Source of the DNA: Candidatus Poribacteria bacterium
GTDB lineage: Bacteria; Poribacteria; WGA-4E; PCPOR2b
Direction of reading: 5' to 3'
Assembly (NCBI GenBank): GCA_965116925.1
Contig: OZ220744.1
Coordinates: forward strand, 2,176,001-2,240,000
DNA: 64,000 nt
The notes under the pieces were generated by a model. It saw nothing but the letters and a program-made list of their open reading frames with translations, was not told the origin of the DNA and ran no database searches. The position numbers and the translations under genes were made by a program. This document shows, piece by piece, positions 60,050 through 64,000 of the stretch (its first letter is position 1; each line of letters starts with the position of its first letter).

Positions 60050-62371
60050 TTATCGACGGCTGATCCGAACTGTGATGATCGCAATCCCAATGACAAGCAG
60101 CAGGAGTAACCCAAACAGAATTGTTGTCACCGAGAGCCGCGTCTTCGATTGGATATGAACCCGCACAGTCTTCTCTCGCGCTTCAAAATGACGGTTATCA
60201 ACGGTGAGTTCCGCGTTGACCTTCGCTTCGTATTCGCCGACACCCACATCCGCAGATGGAATCAGCGTCAGATAAATCTCAACCTCCTCATTCCGAAGCA
60301 ATCCTGACACCACCTCCGGTTCTACAACATATTTCCAATCGGTGTAGACATCAACCACCATCCGAATATCGACGAGATCCCGTGTGCCGATATTCCGCAG
60401 CTTCAGCGTCATACCAATCTGTTCGCCCATTTTGATAGTATGGTAAGCGTTAGGGATAAACAGTTCAATCTCCGGTACGCCTTTGGGGATAAGCTCAAAC
60501 CGTTCAATGCCACCTTTAATCTGGGCAATCTGTTCCGGTGAAAGGGACAGTCGATTATTGACACCATCGAGTTGTCTGGCTTCCGCTTCATCAATGACGG
60601 CGACATAGAATTCCAGTGTTTCATCTAGGTAAGAAGCCTCTAGTTCTTCAGGAAGGTAGACAATCAACGAGAGATCGCGTTTGGATTGCGCCTGTGTGAA
60701 CTTGACTTGAGACATGCGCGATTGGCTTTCAGCATCTTGGAATTCAAAGCTCAGACGATTAAGAAGATTGATAATCCTCAATTGAAAAGTATTTTCCGTC
60801 TCCGCCAACCGATCCAGCGTCAGGTCATAGGTAACGGGGCTGCCCAGATTTCCCTCCTGAGAAAATTGTAGCGAACTGACATTAACCACATCCTCCTCTG
60901 ACTCTTTTTGGAGGTATACCAGACGGTTATCCGCTTCTATCAGATCGGGGTATTTCAATGCGATCATAATCGAGTCCACATCCTTCTGGAGTTGGAATGT
61001 CAGACCGATTTCATCGTTGTAGCCGAGCAGCGGAATCTTCTGCTCATACGGTTGAGCAATATTGGTCGGTTGGGCTGCGTTGGTTGGATCAATATCCTTG
61101 AGAGAAACAAAGATAGATCGAATCTCGTTGGCGGCGGCGATTTCTTCAGGGGTGGCATTGACGGGCATGGATTCGGTGGTCGAAGTGTTCTTCAGACGGA
61201 GATCAACCATAATCTGGTTGTCTACGCGATATTTCTTCGCACTGATGACCGAAATGTGGCGGGTGTCTTCTTCGAGATGAATCTTATAGGGATATACCTT
61301 TTCCAGATACCGCAGGCTGACGATAATACTATCGACGTTGCGGCGGAGTTCAAAATCGAGAGTTTTCGACTGCTGATCTTTGAGATTCGGGATTCGGATT
61401 TCATACGGTACACCGATGATTGCTCCCTGTTCATCCTGAATTGAGACGTAGACGTTGTTGATCTCTTGTGCTGCGGCATATGTTGTGCCCTCAGTCGAGG
61501 AGGGTGGTAATTCATCGGTGCTATCCTCCTGATCCGATGGGGAGGGAGAGTGTCCCAAAACCGCTCCATATTTGAGGACGAGCTCCAACCGCCGCCGATC
61601 CGCCTCCTTGTATCGACGTGCAGAGAGCACAGAGATGTAGGGTTCCTCCTGCTTGAGGTGGATGTTACGGTCTTCTTCAATGTCGAGATATTTCAGGCTT
61701 ACCACCACGTCTTGCAATTCATCTTTGACCAGCTCAAACTCTAAGGTTTTCTCCTCGCCCTCCTTCAGGGACGGAATACGTACCTCATAAGGTATTGCGA
61801 CAATCGCCCCCTGTAGTGAAAATTCTCCTTGGTCTTTAATGGAAACAAAGATGTCGTCAATCTGTGCGCTGATGATGACCTCTCTGTCAAGGACCTTTGA
61901 ACTCTCTTCTAGTTTGACTGGCGATGAGCTGTTTTTTAACGTAATTGAGAACATCTCCCTGCCATCTCGGGCTTCATAACGTCGAGTGCTCAAGATGGTA
62001 ATATGCCAAGCAGTCTTCAACGAATCGAGTTCAACGTTTTGCAGGTTTAGCTTTGCGTCCTCATACGCTGCCTTTGCGCGTTCGTATTCCTCCTCCGCTC
62101 GGTTTACCTCTTGGACAGTGACGATGTTATTCGCCTCTTGAAGCATATCTCTTAGGTTCGTAAGCTCATCTTCTTTCTTCTCCATCAGCTTTTTCGCCAA
62201 ATCCATATCAAGTTTGGCTTTGTCAATCTGAATCTGGCGCAGTTGGTCATCTTTGGTTCGTGCCTTTTCGGACTGTGACGAATCTTGAGATGCTTCTTCT
62301 TGTGCCCAAAGCGGCTGATGGCTCAATAGAAACACCAAACCAATCATCAACGAGAGATATATCTTGTACAT
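60050..62371 (-). CDS. Exported 773-aa protein: coiled coil, three beta-rich internal repeats, NEW3/CARDB-like Ig domain, C-terminal TM anchor
   Basis: Signal peptide ...LWAQEE; heptad-rich residues about 40-120; three I.V.S.R/KY...I..I.VSI.D...PYE.RIP.L...L.FEL repeats; LRNIGTRDLVDI...VGVGEYE domain; hydrophobic tail ending RISRR. Confidence 0.85.
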   Translation of the reverse strand: MYKIYLSLMIGLVFLLSHQPLWAQEEASQDSSQSEKARTKDDQLRQIQIDKAKLDMDLAKKLMEKKEDELTNLRDMLQEANNIVTVQEVNRAEEEYERAKAAYEDAKLNLQNVELDSLKTAWHITILSTRRYEARDGREMFSITLKNSSSPVKLEESSKVLDREVIISAQIDDIFVSIKDQGEFSLQGAIVAIPYEVRIPSLKEGEEKTLEFELVKDELQDVVVSLKYLDIEEDRNIHLKQEEPYISVLSARRYKEADRRRLELVLKYGAVLGHSPSPSDQEDSTDELPPSSTEGTTYAAAQEINNVYVSIQDEQGAIIGVPYEIRIPNLKDQQSKTLDFELRRNVDSIIVSLRYLEKVYPYKIHLEEDTRHISVISAKKYRVDNQIMVDLRLKNTSTTESMPVNATPEEIAAANEIRSIFVSLKDIDPTNAAQPTNIAQPYEQKIPLLGYNDEIGLTFQLQKDVDSIMIALKYPDLIEADNRLVYLQKESEEDVVNVSSLQFSQEGNLGSPVTYDLTLDRLAETENTFQLRIINLLNRLSFEFQDAESQSRMSQVKFTQAQSKRDLSLIVYLPEELEASYLDETLEFYVAVIDEAEARQLDGVNNRLSLSPEQIAQIKGGIERFELIPKGVPEIELFIPNAYHTIKMGEQIGMTLKLRNIGTRDLVDIRMVVDVYTDWKYVVEPEVVSGLLRNEEVEIYLTLIPSADVGVGEYEAKVNAELTVDNRHFEAREKTVRVHIQSKTRLSVTTILFGLLLLLVIGIAIITVRISRR

Positions 62372-62442
62372 GCTCTGTTCCCCCTTCTTGGAGGTGAAAA
62401 AAATAAATAAGAATAGGTGAACACTGACACAAACGCCTTTAA

Positions 62443-63207
62443 TTAGGCAACTTCCTCTTTCCCTGACTCATATCCCGCCACATAGCGGAGGTATAACGCT
62501 TCTAGATCCTCGGTTTCGATCTCTTGGCGGGTGAGCTCACGAACCAGATTGCCTTGTACCAAAATCCCAATCTGATCGGCAATTTCCTTCGCGCGGAAGA
62601 TGTCGTGGGTGGACATAAAAATCGCTTTCCCTTCACTCTTTAGTTCGCGCAATAGGTTCAAGAAATCTGCACCACCCTTCGGATCCAGTCCAGACGTTGG
62701 TTCATCGAGAAGCACCGCATCAGCACCCTTTATGATGGCTATCGCAATCCCCAACCGTTGACGCATCCCTTTCGAGAACGTCTTCACCCGCCGTTTAAAT
62801 GCGTCTTCAGGCAGCCCCACCCGAGCCAGTGTCTCGTCCAGTTCTTCGCGAGTTATCTTTTTTCTACCACCCAGCTTGGCGAAGAACTCCAAGTTTTGTC
62901 GAGCGGTGAAATTCCGATACAATTCGACGTTTTCTGAGACGTAAGCGAGATGCTTTTTGGCTTCCAGCGGAAACTTGGGAATCTCGATGTCATTGACCAA
63001 CGCCGTGCCGCTGGTTGGGTCGATGAAGTTCAGGAGCATGGAGATGGTGGTGCTTTTGCCTGCGCCGTTAGCACCCAAGACCACATAGATCTCCCCGGGA
63101 TTGACTTTCAGGTTGAGTTTATTGACAGCTAAAATGGTGCTGTCATAGACTTTGGTTAGGTCTCTCGTTTCTAACATGGTAGATCCTCCTTTGGCTTTAT
63201 TAGGCAC
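62443..63207 (-). CDS. ABC transporter ATP-binding protein (ABC-2/exporter type)
   Basis: GANGAGKSTT, FSKGMRQRLGIA, LLDEPTSGLDP, STHD; true start may be the ATG at 63177 after GGAGG. Confidence 0.95.
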   Translation of the reverse strand: MPNKAKGGSTMLETRDLTKVYDSTILAVNKLNLKVNPGEIYVVLGANGAGKSTTISMLLNFIDPTSGTALVNDIEIPKFPLEAKKHLAYVSENVELYRNFTARQNLEFFAKLGGRKKITREELDETLARVGLPEDAFKRRVKTFSKGMRQRLGIAIAIIKGADAVLLDEPTSGLDPKGGADFLNLLRELKSEGKAIFMSTHDIFRAKEIADQIGILVQGNLVRELTRQEIETEDLEALYLRYVAGYESGKEEVA

Positions 63208-63241
63208 AACGACCCTTATTATTAGTTGTTTGGGTTCTTAA

Positions 63242-64000
63242 TTAAGGTTTCACATCATACTGCAAAAAAGCCGCGTATCCACCGACTAAAAATAGTGTTG
63301 TAAAGAGCAGCAAAAGAGCTAGTGGCACAAAGCCGGATTTCAATCGCTCATTCACCGTTAGTTCGCTGTAAGAAAAAACGTCCCCTTTTTCGATTGGGGG
63401 CTCGGCCTCCATATGGGGTAACGTATGTTGTAACGCCCTGCTGAGTTCATTGAAATATTCGCTATCAAATCGTTCTGCTGCTGCAATAAACTGAGCCTCA
63501 CTCCTCGAATCGGTCCCCGCTAATTGAGTTACAAATGAAGCGAAACAAGCGTATGGTGACAGTGACGCAATTGCTGCTGTAATTTGTTCTTGTCTTTGCA
63601 CTTTGCGACGATAATCCACAGTGAGTTTCGACAATGCTTCTTTTTTAGCGTTTATGAAACGTGCTTCGGTATCTACCTGCAATTTCCGACCATCAGCCAG
63701 AGACAGTCGCCTGTCAATAACTTCCAGTGAGGCTTCATCATGCCACCTTTGACGTTGATCTTGAAGTTCTTTTTCCGCCAGTTTCAACTCGCGGGCGTGG
63801 GACACGAAGGATGGAATTCGATAGACCACCTTTGCGAGATCAGGACCAAGATTAGGAATAACGAACACACCTACTCCCCACAACATCAAAAGTGCTACAA
63901 TTGCTGTTGATGAACGGGAGGTCAGCGTGGAAACCAACACCCCAAGCGCAAAGACGCAAGCCAAATACAGCGACGCACCGAACAGCAACCAGCCTACAAT
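63242..64000 (-). CDS. ABC-2 type permease (partial; N-terminus outside the window)
   Basis: LGVLVSTLT.RSSTA...LW...VIP, large periplasmic loop, SLSP, AFLQYDV end; frame open to the window edge. Confidence 0.88.
   Translation of the reverse strand: MVGWLLFGASLYLACVFALGVLVSTLTSRSSTAIVALLMLWGVGVFVIPNLGPDLAKVVYRIPSFVSHARELKLAEKELQDQRQRWHDEASLEVIDRRLSLADGRKLQVDTEARFINAKKEALSKLTVDYRRKVQRQEQITAAIASLSPYACFASFVTQLAGTDSRSEAQFIAAAERFDSEYFNELSRALQHTLPHMEAEPPIEKGDVFSYSELTVNERLKSGFVPLALLLLFTTLFLVGGYAAFLQYDVKP

Overview
A 64-kb bacterial chromosomal window of mostly housekeeping and catabolic genes. The gene mix (PhyH dioxygenases, Gfo/Idh/MocA oxidoreductases, minCDE, TolC, OmpA lipoprotein) suggests a diderm such as Candidatus Poribacteria, but that assignment is inference only. 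Core content: tRNA-Gly/Cys/Val, thrS, iscS-like, map, argC, thiN, alr, rph-rdgB, minCDE, larA-like, gap-tpiA-secG, tgt, trmFO, pyrK-pyrD-pyrB and leuC. Accessory content: (1) an intact ISAs1 element with 17-bp terminal inverted repeats (TIRs) and a 10-bp target duplication; (2) a KpnI-like HNH restriction-modification pair; (3) a decayed VapBC-type toxin-antitoxin locus; (4) an IS3 relic; (5) several families of nested MITEs and GTAG-REP hairpins. (6) A decayed islet at 42.8-46.4 kb holds a Cre-like recombinase fragment, a possible sigma54-activator fragment, tandem palindromic enhancer-like sites, a consensus sigma54 promoter and twin 'TEC-stop' leader ORFs. It ends in a two-gene module encoding a secreted Cys/His-rich 132-aa protein and a 451-aa membrane-anchored partner. 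(7) An ABC exporter-TolC operon has a 773-aa coiled-coil/triple-repeat/NEW3-like protein where an adaptor would normally be. The sigma54 module and the exporter operon are the best candidates for undescribed systems. All family calls come from motif recognition by eye; no database searches were run.
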